Positions 40,147-51,167 of a stretch of 64,000 bases of DNA are shown one piece after another. Numbering within the stretch: the stretch's first letter is position 1; each line of letters begins with the position of its first letter. The position numbers and the translations under genes are program-made. The DNA lies in the NCBI GenBank assembly GCA_030390025.1, contig CM059438.1, positions 61,940,001 through 62,004,000 of the forward strand, written 5' to 3'. Origin of the DNA: Squalus acanthias. Its lineage: Eukaryota. Below the pieces are notes generated by a model, which saw nothing but the letters and a program-made list of their open reading frames with translations, was not told the origin of the DNA and searched no databases.

Positions 40147-41451
40147 GGTTGATTACACCTAACTGAGACAGATAAAAGGTGTTAGGGATGATCTGTACAG
40201 CTCCTGGAGCTAAAAGGCACAGCCCTTCACAAACACCCTCCAAAAGCAGTTTGTTTTGTTGCCAATTCCAAGTCAGAAAAATTGCCTAGAGAAAGGAATG
40301 GGGCAGTAAGTAACATTCAGAAAAAGAGCAGCATGGAAAAGGAGCTCAAGTGGGGGGGGGGGGGGACACGACAAGATCACTGAAAGCAACTCCGTACATT
40401 TCAATTAAGTTACTAAACTAACCTCAGGATATCACGTAAACAAAATACAACTGTCACAGAAATTAACCTTTGGGTGCCAGCACCTCCAAGGAATTCTGCA
40501 CACCCTCGGACAGCCATTTAAAAAAAAAAAGCAGCCCCCATATTGTGACACTGAAAAAAATCTCCATATATTGCATAATAAAGCTACTCAGATTTCAGTG
40601 GTAGTTTTATTACTGGATCATTCATCACAACCACTCCCTCGCCTCCACCTGTTGCCCTTGTCCCAGCAAAACTTTAACCTCTCCCATCGCAGTCTCGTCC
40701 CCAGTATGGCTCCCATCTCTGCTTCCTCAAATCCAAGGGGTGCAAACTGGAGTGTATTTGGTGCAGCTATCCATACCAGAGCTGGCTGGACCATATAAAG
40801 TGCTTTTGAGCCTCTCTCCTCTGCTAAAAACAATCTACTAGCTCCAGAATCATTCTGGTGAGCAAATATAAGTCTGGCATCATTTAACTATGCTATCATC
40901 TTTAACCCCCTATCTTTATTTTAGCCAGCCAGGTGTCTGACACACACAAAGGCCCATCGCCATGCTTAAGAATCTCCAATCCATCCACTGAGAAATCCAG
41001 AGTGTCTGCTTGATATGGGGAGCACCCTCCCTCACTGTAGGGACACAGCTTGCTTACTTAGATACAGAGTGCTTACGAGCAGGATGGTCAGAACCAAGAC
41101 TATTGGGACTCCCAAGTTTAGCCAGATGAAACCACTCAGCTAATCAGTAGAGACAACTAGGAAGCTTCCTGCTGCTTTTCCAGCTAGTCACACTACCTGT
41201 TACAGTACTGGCTTGCAAAGCTTATCTGGAACTGAATCCCAGTCCTTCCAGGTAGCAGTAATGAGCCAGGTGGCTGATTAATCATCAATAACATCCCCTG
41301 GAATATGATAGATTTGCCTGGCTCAGGTATCTAATTACCAAATCTGCCAAAGAGCATTCACCCAGTTCCAATCTCCAACCAGCAGGAATACTGAAGCCTG
41401 CCTTATCTGCCTATCCCCAAAGGAGAATAGTCACTAACTTAGTCAGTCATT

Positions 41452-41790
41452 CTCAGGATGTGGGCAACACTGGTAAGGCCAGCATTTATTGCCCATCCCT
41501 AGTTGCCCTGTGAAGGTGGTGGTGGGCCGTCTTCTTTAAGTGGTTTGATACAACTAAGGGGCTTGCTAGGCCACTTCAGAGGGCAGTTAAGAGTCAAACA
41601 CATTGGTGTGGGACTGGAGTCAAATATTCGCCAGACCAGATAAGGATAGCAGGTTTCCTTCCCGAAAGGACATTAGTTAACCAGTTGGGTTTTTATGACA
41701 ATCCGACTGCTTCATGGTCACTCTTACTGATACCGGCTTTTTAAAAAAAAAAAACGGATTTCAAATTCTCAAACTGTCATGGTGGGCTTT
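41452..41790 (-). mobile_element. Bipartite non-autonomous retroelement (LINE 5' UTR joined to LINE 3' tail)
   Basis: Reverse complement matches 42325-42525 and then directly 45385-45465 of the neighbouring LINE. Confidence 0.8.
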
Positions 41791-41924
41791 AACACAATGA
41801 GTCAATAGATAAGTGCGGGCTCAGTCCACAATAGACGAACAGTCAAGACCAGGAACTTTTGACGAGCAGCACAACTCAACATAAAATGCGAGTGACCACA
41901 GCCAGGACGCACAACATACCCCAG

Positions 41925-42110
41925 CAGGGTGGCCCTGGAGGAGGAGCACGCGGTGTCCGCTGGTATGTTTGAGACCTTCCGAGACCGCTGGGCACCACAG
42001 GGAATGGAGTGTGTAGTGGAGACATGGAATAACAAAGTTTCCTTTGACTTTTTATGATTTGGGTTTTATTAGTTGTGCCCCTCTAAAAAAAAAAAGGCAC
42101 ATTTGTTAGA
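41925..42110 (+). mobile_element. Tx1/L1-group LINE 3' end fragment
   Basis: RVALEEEHAVSAGMFETFRDRWAPQG and 3' UTR (ttttattag...gtgcccc) homologous to 48960-49280(-). Confidence 0.6.
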
Positions 42111-42215
42111 TTTCTTTTATTTGGGTTGATGATACTGGAGCAATCCAGTTTCCTCACGGTGTCAGCTGTGGCTCAGTGGGTAGCACTCTCACCTCGGAGT
42201 CAAGTCCCACTCCAG

Positions 42216-45200
42216 TGGTAATGTTACTGGGCTAGTAATCCAGAGGCCTGGACTAATGATCCAGGGACGTGAGGGGGCAGCTGGGGAATTTAAATTCAGT
42301 TAATTAAATAAATCTGGAATAAAAAAAGCTAGTATCAGTAATGGTGACCATGAAACTATTGGATTGTCGTAAAAACCCATCTGGTTCACTCATGTCCTTT
42401 AGGAAAGGAAATCTGCCGTCCTTACCTGGTCTGGCCTATATGTGACTCCAGACCCACAGCAATGTGGTTGACTCTTAACTGCCCTCTAAAATGGCCTAGC
42501 AAGTCACTCAGTTGTAACAAACCGCTACGAAACACAATAATATGAATAAAACCGGACGGACCACCCGACATCGACCTTGGCTCCGGCTACGGACACGGCA
42601 ACAGCACACCCAGCCCAGTCAACCCTGCAAAGTCCTCCTCACCAACATCTGAGGACTTGTGCCTAAATTGGGAGAGCTGTCCCACAGGCTAGTCAAGCAA
42701 CAGCCTGACAGTCATACTCACAGAATCATACCTTTCAGCCAATGTCCCAAACTCCTCCATCACCATCCCTGGGTATGTCCTGTCCCATCAGCAGGACAGA
42801 CCCACCAGGGGTGACAGCACAGTGGTACACAGTCGGGAAGGAGCGGCCCTGGGAGTCCTCAACATTGACTCCGGACTCCATAAAGGCTCATGGCTTTAGG
42901 TCAAGCATGGGCAAGGAAACCTCCTGCTGATTACCACCGACTGCCCTCTCTCAGCTGATGAATCAGTACTCCTCCATGTTGAACACCACTTGGAAGAAGC
43001 ACGGAGAGTAGCAAGGGCACAGAATGCACTCTGGGTGGGGGACTTCAATGTCCATCACCAAGAGTGGCTCAGTAGCACCACTACTGACCGAGCTGGCCGA
43101 GTCCTGAAGGACATAACTGCCAGTCTGGGCCTGCGACAGGTGGTGAGAGAATCAACACGAGGGAAAAACTTACTTAACCTTGTCCTCACCAATCTACCGG
43201 TCACAGATGCATCTGTCTAGGACAATATTGGTAGCAGGGACCACCGCACAGTAATTGTGCAGATGAAGTCCTGTCTTCACACTGAGGACACCCTCCATTG
43301 TGTTGTGTGGCACTACCACCGTGCTAAATGGGATAGATTCAGAACAGATCTAGCAGCTTAAAACTGGGCATCCATGAGGCGCTGTGGGCCATCAGCAGCA
43401 GCAGAACTGTATTCCACCACAATCTGTAACCTCATGGCCCGGCATATCCCTCACTACCATTACCATCAAGCCAGGGGACCAACCCTGGTTCAATGAGGAG
43501 CGCAGAAGAGTGAGAACTGGGTACCTAAAAATGAGGTGCCAACCTGAGGGAGCTACAACACAGGACTACATGCATGCTAGGCAAGAGAAGCAGCATGCTA
43601 TAGATAGGGCTAAGCAAACCACAATCAACAGATCAGATCAAAGCTCTGCAGTCCTGCCACATCCAGTCGTGAATGGTGGTGGACCATTAAACAACTAACG
43701 GGAGGAGGAGGCACCATGAATATCCCCATCCTCAATGATGGTGGAGCCCAGCACGCAAGTGCAAAAGACAAGGCTGAAGCGTTCGCAACCATCTTCAGCC
43801 AGAAGTGCCAAGTGGATGATCCCTATCGGCCTCCTCCTGAGGTCCCCACCATCACAGAAGCCAGTCTTTAGCCAATTCGATTCACTCCATATGATATCAA
43901 GAAACGGCTGAATGCACTGGATACAACAAAGGCTATGGGCCCCGACAACATCCCAGCTGTCGTGCTGAAGACTTGTGCTCCTGAACTGGCTGCGCCTCTA
44001 GCCAAGCTGTTCCAGTACAGCTACAACACTGGCATCAGACAATGTGGAAAATTGCCCAGGTATGTCCTGTCCACAAAAAGCAGGACAAATCCAATCCAGC
44101 CAATTACCGCCCCATCAGTCTACTCTCAATCATCAGCAAAGTAATGGAAGGTGTCCTAGACAGTGCTATCAAGAAGCACTTACTCACCAATAACCTGCTC
44201 ACTGATGCCCAGTTTGGGTTCTGCCAAGACCACTCGGCTCCCGACCTCTTTACAGCCTTGGTCCAAACATGGACAAAGGAGCTGAATTCCAGAGGTGAGA
44301 TGTGAGTGACTGCCCTTGACATCAAGGCAGCATTTGACCGAGTGTGGCATCAAGGAGCCCTAGTAAAACTGAAGTCAATGGGAATCAGGGGGGAAAACTC
44401 TCCACTGGCTAGAGTCATGTCTAGCACAAAGGAAAATGGTTGTGGTGGTTTCGATGTCAATCATCACAGCCCCAGGACATCGATGCAGGAGTTCCTCAGA
44501 GCAGTGTCCGAGGCCCAACCATCTTCAGCTGCTTCATCAATGACCTTCCCTCCAACACAAGGTCAGAAACGGGGATGTTCGCTGATGACTGCAGCGTTCA
44601 GTGCCATTCACAACTCCTCAGATAATGAAGCAGTCCATGCCCACATGCAACAAGACCTGGACGACATTCAGGCTTGGGCTGATGTGTGGTGCGAATGTTA
44701 CCTGCCACTTAAGTGCCAGGCAATGACTATCTCTAACAAGCGAGAGTCTAACCACCACCCCTTAACATTCAACGGAATTACCATCGCCGAATCCCCCACC
44801 ATCAACATCCTGGGGAGACACCATTGACCAGAAACTTAAATGGACCAACCACATAAATACTTTGGCAACAAGAGGTCAGAGGCTAGGTATTCTGCGGCAA
44901 GTGTCTCACCTCCTGACTCCCCAAAGCCTTTCCACCATCTACAAGGCACAAGTCAGGAGTGTGATGGAATTCTCTCCACTTGCCTGGATGAGTGCAGCTC
45001 CAATAACACTCAAGAAGCTCAGCACCATCCAGGACAAAGCAGCCCGCTTGATTGGCACCCCATCCACCACCTTAAACATTCACTCCCTCCTCCACCACCA
45101 GCATACCATGGCTGCAGTGTGTACCATCTACAAGATGCACTGCAGCAACTCGCCAAGGCTTCTTTGGCAGCACCTCCCAAACCCGCAACCTCTTCCACCT

Positions 45201-45480
45201 AGAAGGACAAGGGCAGCAGGCGCATGGGAACACCACCACCTCCAAGTTTCCCTCCAAGTCACACACCATCCTGACTTGGAAGTATATCGCCGTTCCTTCA
45301 TCGTCGCTGGGTCAAAATCCTGGAACTTCCTACTTAACAGTAGTGTGGGAGTACCTTCACCACACGGACTGCAGCAGTTCAAGGCGGCGGCTCACCACCA
45401 CCTTCACCAGGGCAATTAGAGATGGGCAATAAATGCTGGCCTTGCCAGCGACGCCCACATCCCATGAACAAATAAAATCA
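42216..45480 (+). mobile_element. Near full-length APE-RT LINE, degenerate, clade not resolved; no ORF1 recognised
   Basis: APE (WVGDFNVHH), RT (GPDNIP, NYRPISLL, LDIKAAFDRV, GVPQ, FADD), 3' tail with aataaa; TSD actccag at 42209-42215 and 45481-45487. Confidence 0.85.
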
Positions 45481-45616
45481 ACTCCAGAGACTTGAGCACA
45501 TAATCTAGGCTGACACTCCAGTGCAGTCGGAGGTGCCGTCTTTTGGAAGAGACCTTAAACTGAGTCCCTGTCTGCTCTCTCAGGTGGACCTAAAAGATCC
45601 CATGGCACTATTTCAA

Positions 45617-45800
45617 AGGTCGCACAACACCAGGTTATAGTCCAACAGTTTTATTTGAAATCACAAGCTTTCGGAGCTATCGATTGCCCCTTTGCTCCGA
45701 AAGCTTGTGATTTCAAATAAAACTGTTGGACTATAACCTGGTGTTGTGCGACCTCTCAATTTTGTCCACCCCAGTCCAACACCGGCATCTCCGCATCATG
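45617..45800. mobile_element. Short palindromic Penelope-pLTR-like insertion (61-bp perfect arms + tail)
   Basis: Arms 45617-45677 and 45694-45754, 16-nt loop; duplicated target actatttcaaag (45607-45618, 45801-45812); same family as 49812-50243. Confidence 0.85.
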
Positions 45801-46487
45801 ACTATTTCAAAGAGCAGGGGAGTTATCCCCAGTGTCCTGGGGCCAATATTTATCCCTCAATCAACATCACTAAAACAGATTATCTAGTCATTATAACACT
45901 GCTGTTTGTGGGAGCTTGCTGTGCACAAATTGGCTGCTGCGATTCCTACATTAAACAGTAACTACATAGGTTGTGAAGCGCTTTGGGGGCCGAGAAAAGC
46001 GATGAATAAATGAGTGTCTTTTTTTTATGGGTTAACAGAAAAGGCGCTGGCTCTACCAGTCGAACTAGAGTGGTCAGCAGCTACTCCTCGCCTCTCTCCA
46101 AACCCAGTCAAGGGATTTGTCGGTATCGAGGGATCTAGTGCAAAGGCGTGTAAGTGGAGCCGAGGTCCAGATTAGCCGGGACGGGACAGACTGGAGGGCG
46201 GCCCGGACTTGCTGCAACAACTCGCGCCGGGCCTCGCGCGCTCTCTCTCTGCCGCCGCGAGCCACTCTCAGGGGGGTAACCGGTGAAACGGCGCATCAGG
46301 CCCGTCAGTCACACTGACGCCGGGGGGTCTTTCCAGCGCCGCCCGCGGTCCCACTCTCCCCGCCCCGCCGCGCCGCCTCACAGCTCTATCTCCCCCCCCC
46401 GCCCGGTCCCACTCACTCCATCCCGCGGTCCTTCTCTCACTGCACCCTCCCCTCCTCAGTGGGTCGGACTTTCTCTGCCTCGCTCAC

Positions 46488-46540
46488 CTTCCCTCTCTCG
46501 CGCCCTTCTTCCTCGCGGCTCTTTGACCCTGACCCGCACC
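46488..46540 (-). other. MRPL41: Probable non-coding exon 1 of MRPL41 (5' boundary approximate)
   Basis: Minus-strand donor AAG|GTGAGC at 46488/46487, just downstream of the CCAAT boxes. Confidence 0.55.
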
Positions 46541-46772
46541 GCCCAGCGAGGCGCGCCGCCATTGGTCCCCCCGCGCGCGCCCAATCGCCGCCCCGCTTGC
46601 TGCCGCGGCTTCGGCCGCTGACCTATCAGGAGGGCGCCTGGCCCGCGCAGCACAACAACTGGCTGTGTTGGGTCAGAGGGAGGCGGAGCAGGGCTCGGGG
46701 GGCAGAGCCAGAGCCGGGGAGAGAGAGAGGGAGCGCGACCGACCGAGCATCGGCGGGGACAACCCAGCGGCC

Positions 46773-46815
46773 ATGGACACTGGGCCGCCAGATCCAGAGA
46801 TGATGCTCGACCCAG
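46773..46815 (+). CDS. Putative first coding exon of a divergent gene, probably PNPLA7 (MDTGPPDPEMMLDP)
   Basis: Strong Kozak context gcggccATGG, CAG|GTACTG donor, phase 1. Identity inferred only from the human PNPLA7-MRPL41-DPH7 arrangement; no downstream exon recognised. Confidence 0.5.
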
Positions 46816-46865
46816 GTACTGAATCACGGCCACTTCACTCTACACTGGGGGCCGCAGCCTGCCAC

Positions 46866-48806
46866 CGGTACCGGCGCACCCGGGTATAAACTCCCCCAGT
46901 ACCGGCGCACCCGGGTATAAACTCCCCCAGTAACGGCGCACCCGGGTATAAACTCCCCCAGTAACGGCGCACCCGGGTATAAACTCCCCCCAATACCGGC
47001 GCACCCGGGTATAAACTCCCCCAGTAACGGCGCACCCGGGTATAAACTCCCCCCAATACCGGCGCACCCGGGTATAAACTCCCCCAGTACCGGCGCACCC
47101 GGGTATAAACTCCCCCCAATACCGGCGCACCCGGGTATAAATTCCCCCAGTACCGGCGCACCCGGGTATAAATTCCCCCAGTACCGGCGCACCCGGGTAT
47201 AAACTCCCCTCAATACCGGCGCACCCGGGTATAAACTCCCCCAGTACCGGCGCACCCGGGTATAAACTCCCCCAGTACCGGCGCACCCGGGTATAAACTC
47301 CCCCAGTACCGGCGCTCCCGGGTATAAACTCCCCCAGTACCGGCGCACCCGGGCATAAACTCCCCCAGTACCGGCGCACCCGGGTATAAACTCCCCCAGT
47401 ACCGGCGCACCCGGGTATAAACTCCCCCAGTACCGGCGCACCCGGGCATAAACTCCCCCAGTACCGGCGCACCCGGGCATAAACTCCCCCAGTACCGGCG
47501 CACCCGGGTATAAACTCCCCCAGTACCGGCGCACCCGGGTATAAACTCCCCCAGTACCGGCGCAACCGGGTATAAACTCCCCCAGTACCGGCGCACCCGG
47601 GTATAAACTCCCCCAGTACCGGCGCACCCGGGTATAAACTCCCCCAGTACCGGCGCACCCGGGTATAAACACCCCCAATATCGGCGCATCCGGGTATAAA
47701 CTCCCCCCTGGTACCGGCGCACCCGGGTATAAACTCCCCCCGGTACCGGCGCACCCGGGTATAAACATCCCCCTGGTACCGGCGCACCCGGGTATAAACA
47801 TACCCCTGGTACCGACGCACCAGGGTACAAACATACCCCTGGTACCGGCGCACCCGGGTACAAACATACCCCTGGTACCGGCGCACCCGGGTACAAACAT
47901 ACCCCTGGTACCGACGCACCCGGGTACAAACATACCCCTGGTACCGGCGCACCCGGGTACAAACATACCCCTGGTACCGGCGCACCCGGGTACAAACATA
48001 CCCCTGGTACCGGCGCACCCGGGTACAAACATACCCCTGGTACCGGCGCACCCGGGTACAAACATACCCCTGGTACCGGCGCACCCGGGTACAAACATAC
48101 CCCTGGTACCGGCGCACCCGGGTACAAACATACCCCTGGTACCGGCGCACCCGGGTATAAACTCCGCCCCCACCCCGTAAAGGTGCACCCGGGTATAAAC
48201 TCCGACCAGTAACGGTGCACCCGGGTATAAACTCCGACCAGTAACGGTGCACCCGGGTATAAACTCCCACCAGTAACGGTGCACCCGGGTATAAACTCCC
48301 ACCAGTAACGGTGCACCCGGGTATAAACTCCCACCAGTAACGGTGCACCCGGGTATAAACTCCCACCAGTAACGGTGCACCCGGGTATAAACTCCCACCA
48401 GTAACGGTGCACCCGGGTATAAACTCCCACCAGTAACGGTGCACCCGGGTATAAACTCCCACCAGTAACGGTGCACCCGGGTATAAACTCCCACCAGTAA
48501 CGGTGCACCCGGGTATAAACTCCCACCAGTAACGGTGCACCCGGGTATAAACTCCCACCAGTAACGGTGCACCCGGGTATAAACTCCCACCAGTAACGGT
48601 GCACCCGGGTATAAACTCCCACCAGTAACGGTGCACCCGGGTATAAACTCCCACCAGTAACGGTGCACCCGGGTATAAACTCCCACCAGTAACGGTGCAC
48701 CCGGGTATAAACTCCCACCAGTAACGGTGCACCCGGGTATAAACTCCCACCAGTAACGGTGCACCCGGGTATAAACTCCCACCAGTAACGGTGCACCCGG
48801 GTGTAA
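46866..48806. repeat. CpG-rich minisatellite, 31-33-bp units, about 60 copies, three sub-arrays
   Basis: Core gcacccgggta(t/c)aaac in every unit; variants ...tcccccagtaccggc (31), ...atacccctggtaccggc (33), ...tcccaccagtaacggt (32). Confidence 0.97.
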
Positions 48807-48959
48807 ACTGGGTGCTGCAGCTCCATATGGGTGCACTTAGATAAAAATTGCCAGTGATTGGTATCCAAGAAGCGGCAGCCAGTTCGAGCTATCGAGACAG
48901 GTACACAAAGCAACTTCTTGTTAGTTAATTTCAGTGATTGATGGCTGATGCCATCACCA

Positions 48960-49280
48960 ATTAAAAAAGGAAGCAGGTGCTCCCTTTTAAAGGGGCACAC
49001 CTAATAAAACTGCAACATAAGCGTAAACTTAACAAATCAATTTAAAATTCTCTTTTGGGGGGTGATGATGCACTCCAATTCCTCCGGTGCCCACCGGTCG
49101 CGGATGGCCTCGAGTGTGCCGGCGGACGCAACGTGCTCCATCTCCGGGGACACCCGGGCGCGAGCAGAGCCACGGAGGAGAGGCAGGCAGTTGAGCTGAT
49201 CGACCCCCCTCGACCGCACGCTGCCTGGACCTGTTAATGGCCACCTTGGCCAGGCCCAGGAGCAGTCCTATGAGGAAGTT
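48960..49280 (-). mobile_element. Tx1/L1-group LINE 3' end fragment
   Basis: LLLGLAKVAINRSRQRAVEG and RARVSPEMEHVASAGTLEAIRDRWAP in minus-strand ORFs; 3' UTR stem-loop gtgcccc-ttttaaaa-gggagcac. Confidence 0.65.
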
Positions 49281-49811
49281 CTCTGACTTTACACAATGCA
49301 AGAGCCCCTGAATGTGAGAGGCAGATTAACAGTCTGGTCGGCAGCATACAACTACAGTCATACAACAGCTAAGTTTAGCACACAGAATGAACACAAAGCA
49401 TATCCTGACCTCCACTACATTTATTCACATCTCTGCCTGTACATTATTAGAGGGTGGTAGGCTCGCAAGAGCTTCATTGAGAGGCTGTTCTGAGATATGC
49501 CTCGACATGCACGCTGATAAGGTCCCTTTTGTTCGTGGGTGTGGTTGAATTCAAAGTGCACAGGTTCGGTCTCTGTTTCTTAGCTTTTTCTGCCTAGCAG
49601 CACAACTCCTCTCATAGTTTCAGGTATGTTTGGCAAATGAAGTTCAACACAGATAAATGTGAGGTATTACATTTTGGTAGGAAGAATAGGGAGGTCACTT
49701 ATCACTTGGAGGGTGCGAGTCTAGGTGGGGTAGAGGAATAAAGGGATCTCGGAGTACAAATACACAAATCACTAAAAGTTGCGACACAGGTTAGCAAGGC
49801 CATAAAACAAG

Positions 49812-50243
49812 CAAAAGTGAGAAGTCGCACAACACCAGGTTATAGTCCAACAGTTTTATTTGAAATCACATGCTTTCGGAGCTGCTGCCCCTTCGTCAGG
49901 TGAAGTGAAGGAATACGAATCGGCAAAGCATATATAGGCAGAGAACAATGCATGTGTAGCGTACAATGTCAGACGACTACATTTAATCCTCCTGACTGCC
50001 TTTCGTCACACCTCGGCAGAGAAACAGTCAGGAGGATTAAATGTAGTCGTCTGACATTGTACGCTACACATGCATTGTTCTCTGTCTATATATGCTTTGC
50101 CAATTCGTATTCCTTCACTTCACCTGACGAAGGGGCAGCAGCTCCGAAAGCTTGTGATTTCAAATAAAACTGTTGGACTATAACCTGGTGTTGTGCGACT
50201 TCTCACTTTTGTCCACCCCAGTCCCACACCGGCATCTCCGCAT
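49812..50243. mobile_element. Palindromic Penelope-pLTR-like insertion (187-bp arms + ~32-nt tail)
   Basis: Arms 49812-49998 and 50025-50211 (3 mismatches), 26-nt loop, 15-bp TSD cataaaacaagcaaa (49801-49815, 50244-50258). Confidence 0.9.
50120..50157 (+). ncRNA. Minimal type I hammerhead ribozyme motif, canonical core
   Basis: tcac-CTGACGA-a-ggggc-agca-gctcc-GAAA-gc-tt-gtga: stems I and II pair; palindromic AAGCUU in place of stem III. Confidence 0.8.
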
Positions 50244-51052
50244 CATAAAACAAGCAAACCAAGCACTAGGGTTTATTTCTAGAGGTATAGAATTGAAAAG
50301 TAGGGAAGTTATGCTAAACCTGTATCGAACCTTGGTTAGACCACACTTGGAGTACTGCGTACAGTTCTGGTCGCCATATTATAAAAAGGATATAGAGGCA
50401 CTGGAGAGGGTACAGAGAAGATTTACAAGGATGATACCAGAAATGCGAGGGTATACATATCAGGAAAGGATGAACAGGCTGGGTCTCTTTTCTCTTGAAA
50501 AAAGAAGGCTGAGGGGTGACCTAATAGAGGTCTTTAAAATTATGAAAAATTTTGATACATAGAGAATGTTTCCACTTGTGGGGAAGAGCATAACTAGAGG
50601 CCGTCGATATAAGATAGTCACTAAGAAATCCAATAGGGAATTCAGAAGAAGCTTCTTTACCCAAAGAATGGTGAGAATGTGGAACTCGCTACCACAGGGA
50701 GTGGTTGAAGCGAACAGTATAGATGCATTTAAGGGGCAGTTAGATAAGCATATGAGGGAGAAGGGAATAGAGGGTTATGCTGATAGATTTAGATGAGGAA
50801 AGACGGGTGGAGGCTCTTGTGGAGCATAAACGCCGACATAGACTGGCTGGCCTGTTTCTGTGCTGTATATCCTATATTGGGAAACTAGTTTTCAGTGATT
50901 TTTCTAAAGCCAAGAATTTGGAAGCTGGTCAGGGTTGTAGCAATTATGCTTTTGTGGCTGTCCTTTCCTGCAGTGGTTTTACTGAACTGTATCTGTAGCT
51001 TTGAGACCGATTTTCAGCTTCAGTGTATTCAGTATTGTGTGAATAGGATTTC

Positions 51053-51150
51053 AGTTCCGACGAAGGGTTTCGACTTGAAACGTTAACTCTCTTTCTCTCT
51101 CCACGGATGTTGCCTGGCCTGCTGAGTTTTTCCAGCGTTTTCTGTTGTTA
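51053..51150 (+). mobile_element. Solo Penelope pLTR 3' end with hammerhead motif (51053-51088, core CCGACGA)
   Basis: Nearly identical to the reverse complement of 368-466. Confidence 0.8.
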
Positions 51151-51167
51151 TTTCAGTTGAACATAGT

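Larger units (their letters stand above)
42161..46025 (+). mobile_element. DeuSINE-type tRNA-derived SINE, split by two insertions (SINE pieces 42161-42215, 45481-45618, about 45798-46025)
   Basis: A box tggctcagtgg (42169-42179), Deu-domain-like aaaagatcccatggcactatttc...agagcaggggagtt...tgtcctgg..ccaatatttatccctca, L2-like tail. Confidence 0.75.
46150..46865. promoter_or_regulatory. CpG island / probable bidirectional promoter (MRPL41 on -, probable PNPLA7 on +)
   Basis: Very GC- and CpG-rich; opposed CCAAT boxes (attgg 46561-46565, ccaat 46581-46585), GC boxes, splice donors pointing outward on both strands. Confidence 0.8.
49625..50875 (+). mobile_element. CR1 LINE 3' portion interrupted by a palindromic element
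   Basis: WQMKFNTDKCEV-like start; LYRTLVRPHLEYCVQFWSP; FFTQRMVRMWNSLP; CR1 tail. Confidence 0.88.

Noticed and set aside
46866..48806. CRISPR-like array
   Set aside because: Units are contiguous with no unique spacers, there are no cas genes, and the context is eukaryotic.
46824..49000. Three long minus-strand ORFs (596-670 aa)
   Set aside because: They are translations of a stop-free minisatellite; the same peptides cycle through all three frames.
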